A model generated the notes under the pieces. The model searched no databases and was not told where the DNA came from. It worked only from the letters and a program-made list of their open reading frames with translations. Of a stretch of 64,000 nt of DNA, positions 32,001 through 40,654 are shown piece after piece. The translations under genes and the position numbers were made by a program. The first letter of the stretch is position 1, and the number at the start of each line of letters is the position of its first letter. Source of the stretch: a virus (taxonomy: Duplodnaviria > Caudoviricetes); the IMG/VR virus record IMGVR_UViG_3300002835_000001, positions 160,001 through 224,000 of that record; one strand, 5' to 3'.

Positions 32001-33767
32001 ATATGGTGGGAACCACATTACTCTACCTCCATTTGAACCTCTTTCGCAAATTGGTAAATCTTGTACAGTGAATCCTTTTTGTGTGGATGATTTCCAAGCT
32101 AAGTTTTCAATTGAAAACATATATTTTTTTGCCTGTCCATCTTTTATATTTGTTGAATTTTCAAATGATTTTCTACCATTCGACATTGGTGCGTAGTTTA
32201 AGTTCCATACTCTACTACCACCACCCATTACACTTCCATCAAACTTTCTTACCATGTTTGTTCTTCTCATGGTATCTGTGTAGTTAAAGTATGGTCTATC
32301 TTTTGTCCATACTCTACAATATTCAACACCACTTTCTTCACCAGAAAATTTGTTTGTGTATTTTACCGCAGAACCTCTTGACATCATTACCTCACCATCT
32401 TTAAAAACTCTACTGGTTTGGTCAATTACGTTTGCTACGTGAGAACGCATCTCAGAACCATTAGTTGGTAATGTATTTAATATTTGTTGTGTTTTTCCTA
32501 AAATTGAATCTTCTCTAAAAACATATTTTGTTGATAAACTATCTTGTAAATTAGTTTGTTCTATACCACTATATTCCTTGTTATGTTCTCCTAATTTATT
32601 TTTAGAATTTTTACTATACCAAGCTAGTTTACCTCCAATTTGTCCTCCCTCGGTTACATTTTTACTTTTATGAAATAACTGAGCAGAAATTTCATCAAAC
32701 ATTAATGAAAGATAATAAGGACTTCTTACTTGGTTGTCATTAAAATCTCCCATTGCAAATCTTACATCATTTGACCTATCGTCACCAATATAAGCTTGTC
32801 CTGCGGGAGCTTCGACACCTAATATATTTTTTATACCTTGTGCCGCTTTATCTACAAAACTAAATAACTTTGATGATTGTTGAGATCTCGCACTTGTTGT
32901 ATAGTTTGGTGCATATCTATTAAATGTTAATGAATCAAACAAAGCCTGTTTAGGTCCTTGACCCATATATTGTATTAATAAATCTGAAGGTTTTCTTGAT
33001 AACTTTGGTCTTCTTTCAATTCCAATCAATGAACCTAATACTCCCGTAACATCTTGTGCAATTTTACCTAATTCAGTTTTTGCTTCGGGTCTATAATTTA
33101 TTGGATTTCTTGGGTTTGATAAATAATCGCCAGGTATTTCACTAAATGGTAATTGTGTTCCTGAAACTGTTTGTAAAAAATCGATACCTTTACCAATAAG
33201 AGTACTTGCAACAGTAATCTTATTATTCATTTCAACTAATGGTTCTCTACCTGTTAATATGTTTAACGCGGTTGCTGTGTTACCATTTAAAGCGTCTAAC
33301 AATCTTATCTTACCATTAATTGCTCTATCGGTATTATAAGCTATCCTTGTTAATACAGGACCTCCCTTATCTTCTCTTATGTATTTTGCAGCAAATTTAA
33401 ATAATTCAGATTCAGTATCGTACTTTTTTGTTGCCATGATACCAATTAAATTATGTTTCTCCGCAGTAAAATATGGAGAACCACCATTAAAATATAATGA
33501 TAAGTTACGTGTTCTTGGTAACGTATCAATATTTTCCTTTATAAAAAATTTAGTTGGTTTATATATGTTTGAATTAGAAATTTTAATTAAATCATCTTTT
33601 CTATTTTTATCAACAGCACCTGGATCAACATTTGATAGATTACTTAATTTTTGATAATCATAGTTATCTTTAGTAAACGTTTGTGGACCATTTGGTTTGA
33701 TTAACGTTTTTGCTATGATAGAATTCCTAAATTCTTTAGTAGAATCAAAATTTAAGTAACTTGGCAT
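29046..33767 (-). CDS. Tail tube initiator/baseplate protein (gp48/gp54-like tube fold) with inserted OmpA-like domain
   Basis: WEENSFLGRPEPIYTYQNTSRSGTISF and PPICVIRIGDF...INITYD flank SASEVANDDYNFLLGMRRAHSL; directly after the tape measure gene. Confidence 0.6.
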   Translation of the reverse strand: MPSYLNFDSTKEFRNSIIAKTLIKPNGPQTFTKDNYDYQKLSNLSNVDPGAVDKNRKDDLIKISNSNIYKPTKFFIKENIDTLPRTRNLSLYFNGGSPYFTAEKHNLIGIMATKKYDTESELFKFAAKYIREDKGGPVLTRIAYNTDRAINGKIRLLDALNGNTATALNILTGREPLVEMNNKITVASTLIGKGIDFLQTVSGTQLPFSEIPGDYLSNPRNPINYRPEAKTELGKIAQDVTGVLGSLIGIERRPKLSRKPSDLLIQYMGQGPKQALFDSLTFNRYAPNYTTSARSQQSSKLFSFVDKAAQGIKNILGVEAPAGQAYIGDDRSNDVRFAMGDFNDNQVRSPYYLSLMFDEISAQLFHKSKNVTEGGQIGGKLAWYSKNSKNKLGEHNKEYSGIEQTNLQDSLSTKYVFREDSILGKTQQILNTLPTNGSEMRSHVANVIDQTSRVFKDGEVMMSRGSAVKYTNKFSGEESGVEYCRVWTKDRPYFNYTDTMRRTNMVRKFDGSVMGGGSRVWNLNYAPMSNGRKSFENSTNIKDGQAKKYMFSIENLAWKSSTQKGFTVQDLPICERGSNGGRVMWFPPYDLKVSEQNSAKWEENSFLGRPEPIYTYQNTSRSGTISFKVVVDHPSILNLLVREHFKGMSDEEADNYINAFFAGCEEIDFYDLVRKYTNLDTDDIKRINEYLNAGKEMSTIKKYKYSSEEVEEVKPETGETPTKAPEPFSLALFFPNDIPAKDANNTTKGEIYSTIQPSYYAQKSSLNADALADFTRLSGDTSGDAIQDIKTIFKLEKSKITDFPKAISLQLDKLNTGFEKLNTNYTEFNTKIADLKKAVSGNTIELAEFKILSSASEVANDDYNFLLGMRRAHSLVLDILTKLKGDVDKIPDFNWPSEQEVKKNAKDGLNDQKLTFTFEKLGYKGNVGKLIINFSTEGENAKGLTNVDPDGRLDCKTVIQTKYGLKITTPNAFYCRQTSVKFSAKTLSVQKPPSTQKIKIPKITKEPGEPEITYTPKPPIDVMKRIITKTLSECYYFKKLEEDSPLAFTSLKEKLKYFHPAFHSTTPEGLNSRLTFLLQCVRPGNTIPIKGIADVNDLNARNTSFGPPPICVIRIGDFYHSKIVIRDINITYDDSTWDLNPEGIGVQPMIANITLQVSFIGGQGLERPVEKLQNALSSNFFANTEIYDERAQSTATLIDGKPADQFTKEFIAELQKKPEFQLEGDKDNKPKVSQGLYIGTGILNSGLDYIKIDYTSFIDTIFSGTDSYINLYKSSYNEVVKKYGKKVSSIFFHNRYKTVTGLTINTSATTTDILPLLGASNKDANVNFYSTKLTTDLNSYINNNDVTTLLGFNKAVTSEGMDWSNEKLRETLKSIINEKIGEMPESSSLKKLEDSRNKVIKLFEKANFLVKNEFDGKVDGVQFISTTLSGFTGSTLYNQYSNIVDYFKNKHDEFNEDLDISFDFATGVLNDNIFVELISILLQGKRETITKLYEEISTKETSDKIGEIVDKLIETPKEKNFRMGKFPIKKGGSKIEYDVDVTDYIVLDEIKQSLMDLHNAEQVKFGTETFKLI

Positions 33768-33802
33768 TATTTTCTTTTATATTATAAATAGATTTATTTA
33801 GA

Positions 33803-35704
33803 TTATCTTTTAGCTGTCGATGGTGTGGTATACGATTGAGTATCTACTGTATGGAAGTCATTATAGATACTTGAATTTTTACCCACTTCTCTCATCCATC
33901 CATCAACTAAAGCGTCACCACCTTTGAATACATATTCGTTTGTTACTTTAACATTTTTGTCTGTTTGAGTTGACGATTCTTTTTGTTTTTTAGCTTCTTC
34001 TTCTGCAATTTTTGTTGCCTCTTCTTTTGTTATTGCATTTTTTGGTGTTTCAACTTTACCTGTTTGTTTATTATCAGGTGTAATAATACCTTTTATTTCA
34101 TTATTAATTAAAGTGGCGGCTTTTGGGAGTGCTTCTTTTGTTGTTTCTGCGAATTTTTTCATATCAATTCCCATTTTATCCGCCAACTCTTTAACCTCTC
34201 TTGTTCCTGTTAACGCAATCGATTTAACTAAAAATGAAACATCTCGTCTAATATTTTCAATATCTGAAGCTTGTCCTCTTACAATATCATCTGCCTCTAA
34301 TTTTTTAAATTCATCTTTATATTTTAACAATAATTCGGCTTGGTTCTTATCTAAAGTATCTAACGCTACCTCCTGTGCTCCACCAAAAAGGTCTCTCATT
34401 TTTTCAGATTGTAATTCAATGGTCATTTTACCATTTTTCATCTGAGACATGTTAGTTAAGAATTCTTTATCCTCATCTTCAATTCTTAAACCAGATAACA
34501 TTTCTTTTGCGCTTAATCTTTCTTGTGCCGCAACTGCGGTCTTTGTAAGTTCCTTATAGTCCATACCTAATGCGGTAGCCATCTCTCTTACTTTTCTTAA
34601 GTTAACACCTGTAACTTCAAATCTTCCTTGTTCTTGGTTGTATGTGGCTAAACTACTTGCAGCATTAATAATTGAATCTTGTAATCCTTCAACATTATTC
34701 GTTGCCATATACATTAATTTAAGTGGGTCATTGAAATCTCCAATGGCACCACCTAATACTTGTAAGTTAGCTGATAACTCTAATGCACTTTCTGGACTAA
34801 ATACTTTTTCGGCAACTTGTGAAACCGCATCCATACTTAATCTAAATTCAATAGATTTTTGAACCATTCTAGCTAAACCTTCAACTCCTTTTTGGAATCC
34901 GTATTCGTTTAACTTACCTATATTTGTTGCTAAATCTTTTGAAACTCTTTGTGAATTTAGTCCTAAAGTTAGTGAGCTTTTTCCCGCTTTTTCAACTGCA
35001 TCGAACGTACCTTTAGCCCCTATACCTACTTTTTCAAAATCAGGTAACATGTTGGTTAATGCTTCCATTGAACCAAGGTATGCTTGACCAACCACTGCCG
35101 CCTGTTCAAATGATTGTTGATTTATTAAATTAAATTTACCAGACTTTTCCACTAAACCTTGAGCAACTCCCGCTAATGTTTCAAATGATATACCTAATTG
35201 TGCTAATTTTGGTCCTGCGTTTGATATTTCTTCCCTAAAATCTTTTGATAGTGCACCCGTTAAACCGGTTTTGGTGTTGATGTCTTCTAATAACTTTCTT
35301 TGATTATTATATTCATCACCGATCTGTTCTAATCCAGCCTTGAATACGTTTTGTGCAATTTGGTCTGCTGGTAAAATTTTTCCGTCTTTTGATGCCATAG
35401 ACAAAAGCTCCGTTGAATTAACCGAGTCCTTAATATCTTTATAATGTCCACCACCTTCTTGTCCTTTTAAAATTCCACTGGCTGCCTCAATGAATGATTT
35501 CGCTCCTTTGGTTGTACTGGTTCCTTTTTTTTGACCACTTGAATACGATTCATATTCAATTTTAGCTCTTGATTGTAATGAATTTAGTTCACTCTCACTA
35601 TTAGAATTCGATGGTGGGTATAAATCTTTATAAATTGTTAAAAACCTTGGCCAGTTTCCATCCGACCCTGCCTTCTCTAAATCTGTTGTGCTATATTTTG
35701 CCAT
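33803..35704 (-). CDS. Tail tape measure protein
   Basis: 633-aa A/L/K/E-rich helical protein in the canonical position sheath-tube-chaperone-TMP. Confidence 0.75.
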   Translation of the reverse strand: MAKYSTTDLEKAGSDGNWPRFLTIYKDLYPPSNSNSESELNSLQSRAKIEYESYSSGQKKGTSTTKGAKSFIEAASGILKGQEGGGHYKDIKDSVNSTELLSMASKDGKILPADQIAQNVFKAGLEQIGDEYNNQRKLLEDINTKTGLTGALSKDFREEISNAGPKLAQLGISFETLAGVAQGLVEKSGKFNLINQQSFEQAAVVGQAYLGSMEALTNMLPDFEKVGIGAKGTFDAVEKAGKSSLTLGLNSQRVSKDLATNIGKLNEYGFQKGVEGLARMVQKSIEFRLSMDAVSQVAEKVFSPESALELSANLQVLGGAIGDFNDPLKLMYMATNNVEGLQDSIINAASSLATYNQEQGRFEVTGVNLRKVREMATALGMDYKELTKTAVAAQERLSAKEMLSGLRIEDEDKEFLTNMSQMKNGKMTIELQSEKMRDLFGGAQEVALDTLDKNQAELLLKYKDEFKKLEADDIVRGQASDIENIRRDVSFLVKSIALTGTREVKELADKMGIDMKKFAETTKEALPKAATLINNEIKGIITPDNKQTGKVETPKNAITKEEATKIAEEEAKKQKESSTQTDKNVKVTNEYVFKGGDALVDGWMREVGKNSSIYNDFHTVDTQSYTTPSTAKR

Positions 35705-35717
35705 ACATATAAATAGG

Positions 35718-35867
35718 TTATTGTGTGTTTTCCAACTCCATTATATAACCAATATAATATCGTCTAATATAGACAGGCATAGTTAAAATGTCTCCATATG
35801 AGAATCCTTTCCTGATTAGGTAGTGAATTTCCGATAATTGATTTTTCTTATATTCCGTAGAAAGGGC
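35718..35867 (-). CDS. Frameshift extension (T segment) of the tail assembly chaperone, 49 aa in the +1 frame; not in the ORF track
   Basis: ALSTEYKKNQLSEIHYLIRKGFSYGDILTMPVYIRRYYIGYIMELENTQ*. No ATG until its last 20 codons; starts right after TTT TTT C; fills the gap before the TMP gene. Confidence 0.75.
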   Translation of the reverse strand, partial: ALSTEYKKNQLSEIHYLIRKGFSYGDILTMPVYIRRYYIGYIMELENTQ

Positions 35868-36597
35868 GAAAAAAGTCAACCCCAAACCCAATTCTAAATT
35901 GGATCTCTTCTCCTGATGGGGTATTTGCTGTTTGTGTTAGGTCAATTCCTGGCTTATTGTCAGATACGTATTTTCTAAAATCTTGTGAATCTTTAATCGG
36001 CATATTCTCAATGAAATTTCTTGTGTTCATTGGGTCATTAACTCCAGCCACGGATTTAATCATACCTTCGAGTTGTTTTGTAATAATTGGAGCTATTCCA
36101 TTACCATTCCAACTCTTTGCAATTTCTTTTATGTCGTTTTCTTGTTTTTGGGTTAAAAACTTAAATGTTACGTCTACTTTGGATTTATTCATAAAATATG
36201 AATATTCTCCGTTAGAATCTGCAACTAATGTAAATGGTTTAAAATCTAAACTACTTAAATCTATTTGAACCTCAAAATCTTCGTTTGTTTTTGGGTCGGT
36301 TAATGTAACTTTATATTCTGAACCAAATGCGGTATTTCTTAAAAATATTAAAATAGCCTCCTTATCTTCTTCAACCAAATCTTCGGTTGATAAGTCTTTG
36401 TCTAATACTTTTCTTTTTAATAGTTCATTAACTATAGCATTTGTCTGTATTAAATTTGGGGATGCTAATATATTTTCATCCGCGGCAGTTAGGTAAGCTA
36501 TTCTTAGTGATTTCTTACCATTTTGATAATGGATACCTCTACTTGGTAACTCCACAACATCATATGCGATTCTTGGGTCAATTCTTAATTCTTCCAT
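35848..36597 (-). CDS. Tail assembly chaperone (G segment)
   Basis: Likely start MEELRIDP at 36597 (the track start at 36660 overlaps a terminator). ELPSRG and TAADENIL motifs; located between tube and TMP. Confidence 0.75.
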   Translation of the reverse strand: MEELRIDPRIAYDVVELPSRGIHYQNGKKSLRIAYLTAADENILASPNLIQTNAIVNELLKRKVLDKDLSTEDLVEEDKEAILIFLRNTAFGSEYKVTLTDPKTNEDFEVQIDLSSLDFKPFTLVADSNGEYSYFMNKSKVDVTFKFLTQKQENDIKEIAKSWNGNGIAPIITKQLEGMIKSVAGVNDPMNTRNFIENMPIKDSQDFRKYVSDNKPGIDLTQTANTPSGEEIQFRIGFGVDFFRPFYGI

Positions 36598-36642
36598 AGT
36601 ACAATTTAATCTATAACTATCGTAAAGTAAAGTTTTAAACAT

Positions 36643-36677
36643 AAAAAAACCGATACCCATTTCTGGTATATCGGTTT
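36643..36677 (-). terminator. Rho-independent terminator after the tail tube gene
   Basis: AAACCGATA...TATCGGTTT stem with minus-strand T-tract. Confidence 0.75.
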
Positions 36678-36698
36678 AATATATGAAAAAGTATAATA

Positions 36699-37187
36699 TT
36701 AGAATACAAGTATACATCTATCCATACGTAAAGTACATTGGATAGTTGCAATTTCATCTCTTGAATAGTCTAATTCACCAAAGTTGATGTCTTGAATAAA
36801 TGTTCCTTGAAGAATCCATTTTTCAACAACAACTCCCGTTGGGTCTAACATTTCAAGTTCGATGTCTTTTTTATAACCGGCAGCATATCCCATACGACCA
36901 GTAACTGATTCAGCGTGTAAACGGAACCACTCCATTAACGCTTGTGACGCTGATGGACCAATCGGGTCTTTAAATGTTACCCTCATAGTATCCCAACTAA
37001 ATTTACCCGCAACATATGTTGAAGTATTTAAAAAAGGAATTTCAGTCGCGTTGATTTTTGCGGATGGTCTAGCCGCTGATGTTACATACCATTCATTGAT
37101 ACCCAAAGAAGATGGGAATCTTACAATAAATCGGTTCTGTCTTTTCGGTTCGTAAGGAACCGGCATTTTCATTAGTAAATCTGCCAT
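36699..37187 (-). CDS. Tail tube protein (T4 gp19-like)
   Basis: EPKRQNRF, YVAGKFSWDTMRVTF, WILQGTFIQDINFGELDY. Confidence 0.92.
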   Translation of the reverse strand: MADLLMKMPVPYEPKRQNRFIVRFPSSLGINEWYVTSAARPSAKINATEIPFLNTSTYVAGKFSWDTMRVTFKDPIGPSASQALMEWFRLHAESVTGRMGYAAGYKKDIELEMLDPTGVVVEKWILQGTFIQDINFGELDYSRDEIATIQCTLRMDRCILVF

Positions 37188-37269
37188 GTTGTATTTGTTA
37201 AGTTTTTTTGTTATTTTATACTCTTATAAATATATGTTAATTAGAAATAAATTTATTTTTAGGATCGAT

Positions 37270-37450
37270 CTTGATTTTGTGGATTTTTTTTCGTAGTTTT
37301 TTACAAATCCTCCAGTATTCTAGACCCAGTATAAATAATTAATAAATTTCTAGTTTAATAATATAACATATAAATACTAGTATAACTAGTTCCAGATTAT
37401 ACTGGGTAAAATAAAATGATATAATTTTAATAATAATTGGTTCCATGTGG
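37270..37450. other. Structured non-coding element between sheath and tube (candidate ncRNA, origin or regulatory hub)
   Basis: 11-bp inverted repeat 37324-37334/37397-37407, twin ACTAGT palindromes, repeated CCAG and two extra TATAAATA copies. Confidence 0.45.
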
Positions 37451-37456
37451 AGCATT

Positions 37457-37492
37457 AAAAAAGGGAAGCTTTTCGGCCTCCCTTTTTATTTT
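37457..37492. terminator. Bidirectional rho-independent terminator after the sheath gene
   Basis: AAAAAAGGGA...TCCCTTTTT with T-tracts available on both strands. Confidence 0.75.
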
Positions 37493-37509
37493 TATATCCT
37501 CCTTTTAGA

Positions 37510-40368
37510 TTAGATATTCTCGAATGAAGCTCCTGTTGGAGTAATTACGAATTCCAAATCAATAAATTCAAGAGAACGAGTAGGTTTAACGTAAATTTTA
37601 CCTCTCAAAGTGTTAGCGTCGATGTCTTCAACATCACTTGAAACACTTACTTTAAATTCATAAAGACCTCTTTCTTTCTTAATTGATTCTAAAATTGGGT
37701 TTACCAATCTTAAGAACTCTTGTCTTACTTGTTCGTCGTTTTGTTCGAACAACAATCTAACAGCAACTGCTGAAATTAACTTTCTTGCTCTTAACAACAA
37801 TCTTCTTACGTTGATTCTATCAAGTGCAGATTCTCTAACTTGTAACGTTTTGTTACCCCAAATAATTGTACCAGTATCAGAGAACGTTGCGATTGGATTA
37901 ATTCTATTTTTGTAAAGTTCGTCTCTTTCATCAAGAGTTAACTTCTTTTTAGCTTTAATTGCATTTACCAAACCTCTTGAATAACCCGCAACTGCGAACC
38001 AAGGATAAGATACGTTATCAGTTAACGCGATGTTCTTCAACACCTCACCTGTTGGTGGAATGTAAAGTTGAGTTGCGTTATCTGTATCTCTTACTTGAAT
38101 CCAAGGCCAATATGTTGCAGAATAGTTAGAGTCAATTCCTAAATCGTCAAGGTAACCTGTAACGGTTGCCGCATCATCAACATTTGGTGATGATATGATA
38201 TAAAGTGAATCGGCTCTTTCATTCTCGATAATATCTATTGCTTGACTTGTTAAAGATGAATGATCGTAGAAGTTAATACCTGCAGTAGCGAATACGTTAA
38301 TATCAATTGCCTCAGGATTTGAGTAAGTTTGAATACCTTCTAAATAAGCATAATAATCAGAGTTTCCTATGGTTGTATTGAACACACCACCATTATCGGT
38401 ATTAGCTGTATTATATGTTGTTTTACCATAAATAAATTGGTCACCAAGAGTTCTTGTCTCTCTGTATATATCCCAACCATCAAATCCACCACAAACCGCT
38501 AATGTAAATTTACGGAAGTTTATGTTGGTTAATTTATTGTCGGTACCAGATTGACCTTCTAAATCATAAGGTGTTGTTTGGTATGTTGTTCCTGTTATTG
38601 ATGATGCGTTTGTTGATAAGTGGAAACCGAATGTACTTGAAGACGCCGCATTTCCTTTATATTTAAACAAGTCACTATCAAATTTAAAACCATTTTGAGA
38701 TGATAAACCTAAAGAGACTTTCTTTACTTTATCTCCGTTAGATAATACTTGAGAACCATCCGATTCGTAGTAAACCACGTCACCACCATCAAAAAATTCT
38801 GTTTTGTAAAGAACACTACCTAATTTGTTACTTGAAACAAGTAAGGATGTAAATCCTTTGAATCCAGCAGGGAAAGCGTCCGTAGGTGCATTATCGGCCA
38901 TATTTAACATGATAAACTTTGAACGTAATTCATATTCACCATCAGAGGTACCAACTTTTCTTGCCACATAACCTGGAAGGTCAGTATTCATTGAACATCT
39001 TGTAAATTTCTCTAATATAATTTGATTTTCATCAGTATCGTTAAAATCACGAACCATAATATCAAATTCGGCAGTATCTAAATTAATATTTTGAATTGTA
39101 ACCTTAACTTCAATATTTGCTGCGTCTCCATCAGATATTGTTAATATTGAGAATAAATCTGCAACATTACCACCACGAACTTCAGAAACAACTGTAGGTG
39201 ATGATGGAGTATCCCATGATTGTGCAAAATTATCACTTTCAACGTTTGATGATACATCTAAACTTAAACCTCTTACGTATCCATTTCTAAATGCTGATAA
39301 TAATAAGTTAGAATATATTTCATTAACATATAATGGATAATCTTCTTTTACTTTATCAAAAACTTCAGTACCTAATACTTTATTTATATATTTTGTTGAT
39401 GAAATATCTAATGAACAATTGAATGTTTTAATTCCTCCCGTAATACCTGTAACATTTAAAGCAAATTCTGCCATTGGGTTAGTTGTAACACCACCAACAT
39501 CGGTTAATGTTACTGCTGTTGTTCCTGTTACTTGTAATACTAAACTTTGTGAAGCGTTATATTCACCTCTTGATCTTAAAGAAGCAACAATTACATCACT
39601 ATAATCTGTGTTAAGTGATGCGCTGTATTTAAATCTTGTTACATCAAATGAAGATGTACTTGTAGAATAAACAAAAAGATAAGAGTAAACACCATCAATT
39701 GTTGAGTCGGCTGACCCTGTTTTAGTAAAGAACGCATTATACCAATTTTTATTAGCATTTTCACCGATTGGTGATAAAAGTTTTGTACCTGTTAAACTTG
39801 AGGTATCTGAAGTTGGTACATTACCAATAACAAACCAATCGTTATTTGCATACGCCGCACCACTCTTACCTGTTTTACTTGTTATGTATGTTGTTACAGA
39901 TGAACCATTGGTTGCCGTTTTACCTGAAAGTTCACCATAAATTGTTGAACCTGTAATAGTTGCGGTTGTTGCTGATAATGTTATTCCTGTTGTTGATGTA
40001 GGTGTAGACACTAAATCCACTGTTACACCACCTAAAGTTTTAATACTATAAGTTTTTCCTGGTTTATATCCTGTTTTACCAAGTATTCTTGTTACGAATA
40101 GTTGATTAGACTCTTGTAAGTATGATTTAGCCATATAAGCTAACTCATATTTAGGGTTATTTGCACCGTCTTTCTCAGGTGAAGTTGGTCCGAAATACGT
40201 TTTGAATTCGTCGAAGTCCCCAACTAAAATAGGTTCGAAAGCAGGACCTTTTAAAGCCTCACCTACTAAACCTAAAGTTGTAACCCCGACACTTTGTGCT
40301 ACGAATGTTAGATCCTTCTCAGATGTGTACACACCCGGAGAAACGAATACTCTGTTTGAATTTGCCAT
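37510..40368 (-). CDS. Tail sheath protein (T4 gp18-like), enlarged
   Basis: SPGVYTSEKD, YWPWIQV, WFAVAG..RG, RINPI, WGNKTL, RINVRRL and EFIDLEF. Confidence 0.95.
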   Translation of the reverse strand: MANSNRVFVSPGVYTSEKDLTFVAQSVGVTTLGLVGEALKGPAFEPILVGDFDEFKTYFGPTSPEKDGANNPKYELAYMAKSYLQESNQLFVTRILGKTGYKPGKTYSIKTLGGVTVDLVSTPTSTTGITLSATTATITGSTIYGELSGKTATNGSSVTTYITSKTGKSGAAYANNDWFVIGNVPTSDTSSLTGTKLLSPIGENANKNWYNAFFTKTGSADSTIDGVYSYLFVYSTSTSSFDVTRFKYSASLNTDYSDVIVASLRSRGEYNASQSLVLQVTGTTAVTLTDVGGVTTNPMAEFALNVTGITGGIKTFNCSLDISSTKYINKVLGTEVFDKVKEDYPLYVNEIYSNLLLSAFRNGYVRGLSLDVSSNVESDNFAQSWDTPSSPTVVSEVRGGNVADLFSILTISDGDAANIEVKVTIQNINLDTAEFDIMVRDFNDTDENQIILEKFTRCSMNTDLPGYVARKVGTSDGEYELRSKFIMLNMADNAPTDAFPAGFKGFTSLLVSSNKLGSVLYKTEFFDGGDVVYYESDGSQVLSNGDKVKKVSLGLSSQNGFKFDSDLFKYKGNAASSSTFGFHLSTNASSITGTTYQTTPYDLEGQSGTDNKLTNINFRKFTLAVCGGFDGWDIYRETRTLGDQFIYGKTTYNTANTDNGGVFNTTIGNSDYYAYLEGIQTYSNPEAIDINVFATAGINFYDHSSLTSQAIDIIENERADSLYIISSPNVDDAATVTGYLDDLGIDSNYSATYWPWIQVRDTDNATQLYIPPTGEVLKNIALTDNVSYPWFAVAGYSRGLVNAIKAKKKLTLDERDELYKNRINPIATFSDTGTIIWGNKTLQVRESALDRINVRRLLLRARKLISAVAVRLLFEQNDEQVRQEFLRLVNPILESIKKERGLYEFKVSVSSDVEDIDANTLRGKIYVKPTRSLEFIDLEFVITPTGASFENI

Positions 40369-40410
40369 CGATTGTTGTTTGGTTAATTATTTTTATTAGT
40401 TATTCTATAA

Positions 40411-40491
40411 ATATCTTTGTTTTTACCAAAGATTTCCGTACTTTTGTTTAAAAAGATAGTAAATTATCCTTTTCTATCTTAAATTATCTTT
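40411..40491. promoter_or_regulatory. Operator-like array of TATCYT/AGATA boxes in the divergent sheath/RHH intergenic region
   Basis: ATCTTTG-N7-CAAAGAT inverted repeat (40413-40433), AAGATA at 40453, and TATCYT at 40465, 40475 and 40485. Confidence 0.5.
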
Positions 40492-40495
40492 CATC

Positions 40496-40654
40496 ATGGA
40501 AAACAAACAGAAAAACGTAAAAATTAGTGAAAAACACCACGAGATGTTAAAAAACCATTGTGAAAAGAACGGATTAAAAATTTATAAGGTTTTAGAAAAA
40601 TATATTGACGAAGTTTGTAAACCAAAAAAGAAGGACATCTATGGTGACGATTAA
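40496..40654 (+). CDS. Ribbon-helix-helix (Arc/CopG-like) DNA-binding protein, 52 aa; not in the ORF track
   Basis: MENKQKNVKISEKHHEMLKNHCEKNGLKIYKVLEKYIDEVCKPKKKDIYGDD*: alternating beta strand, helix, G-turn, helix. Confidence 0.7.
   Translation: MENKQKNVKISEKHHEMLKNHCEKNGLKIYKVLEKYIDEVCKPKKKDIYGDD

Noticed and set aside
35820-35870. Classical -1 frameshift in the tail chaperone
   Set aside because: The -1 frame hits TAA after about 17 codons; only the +1/-2 frame gives a chaperone-T-like extension.
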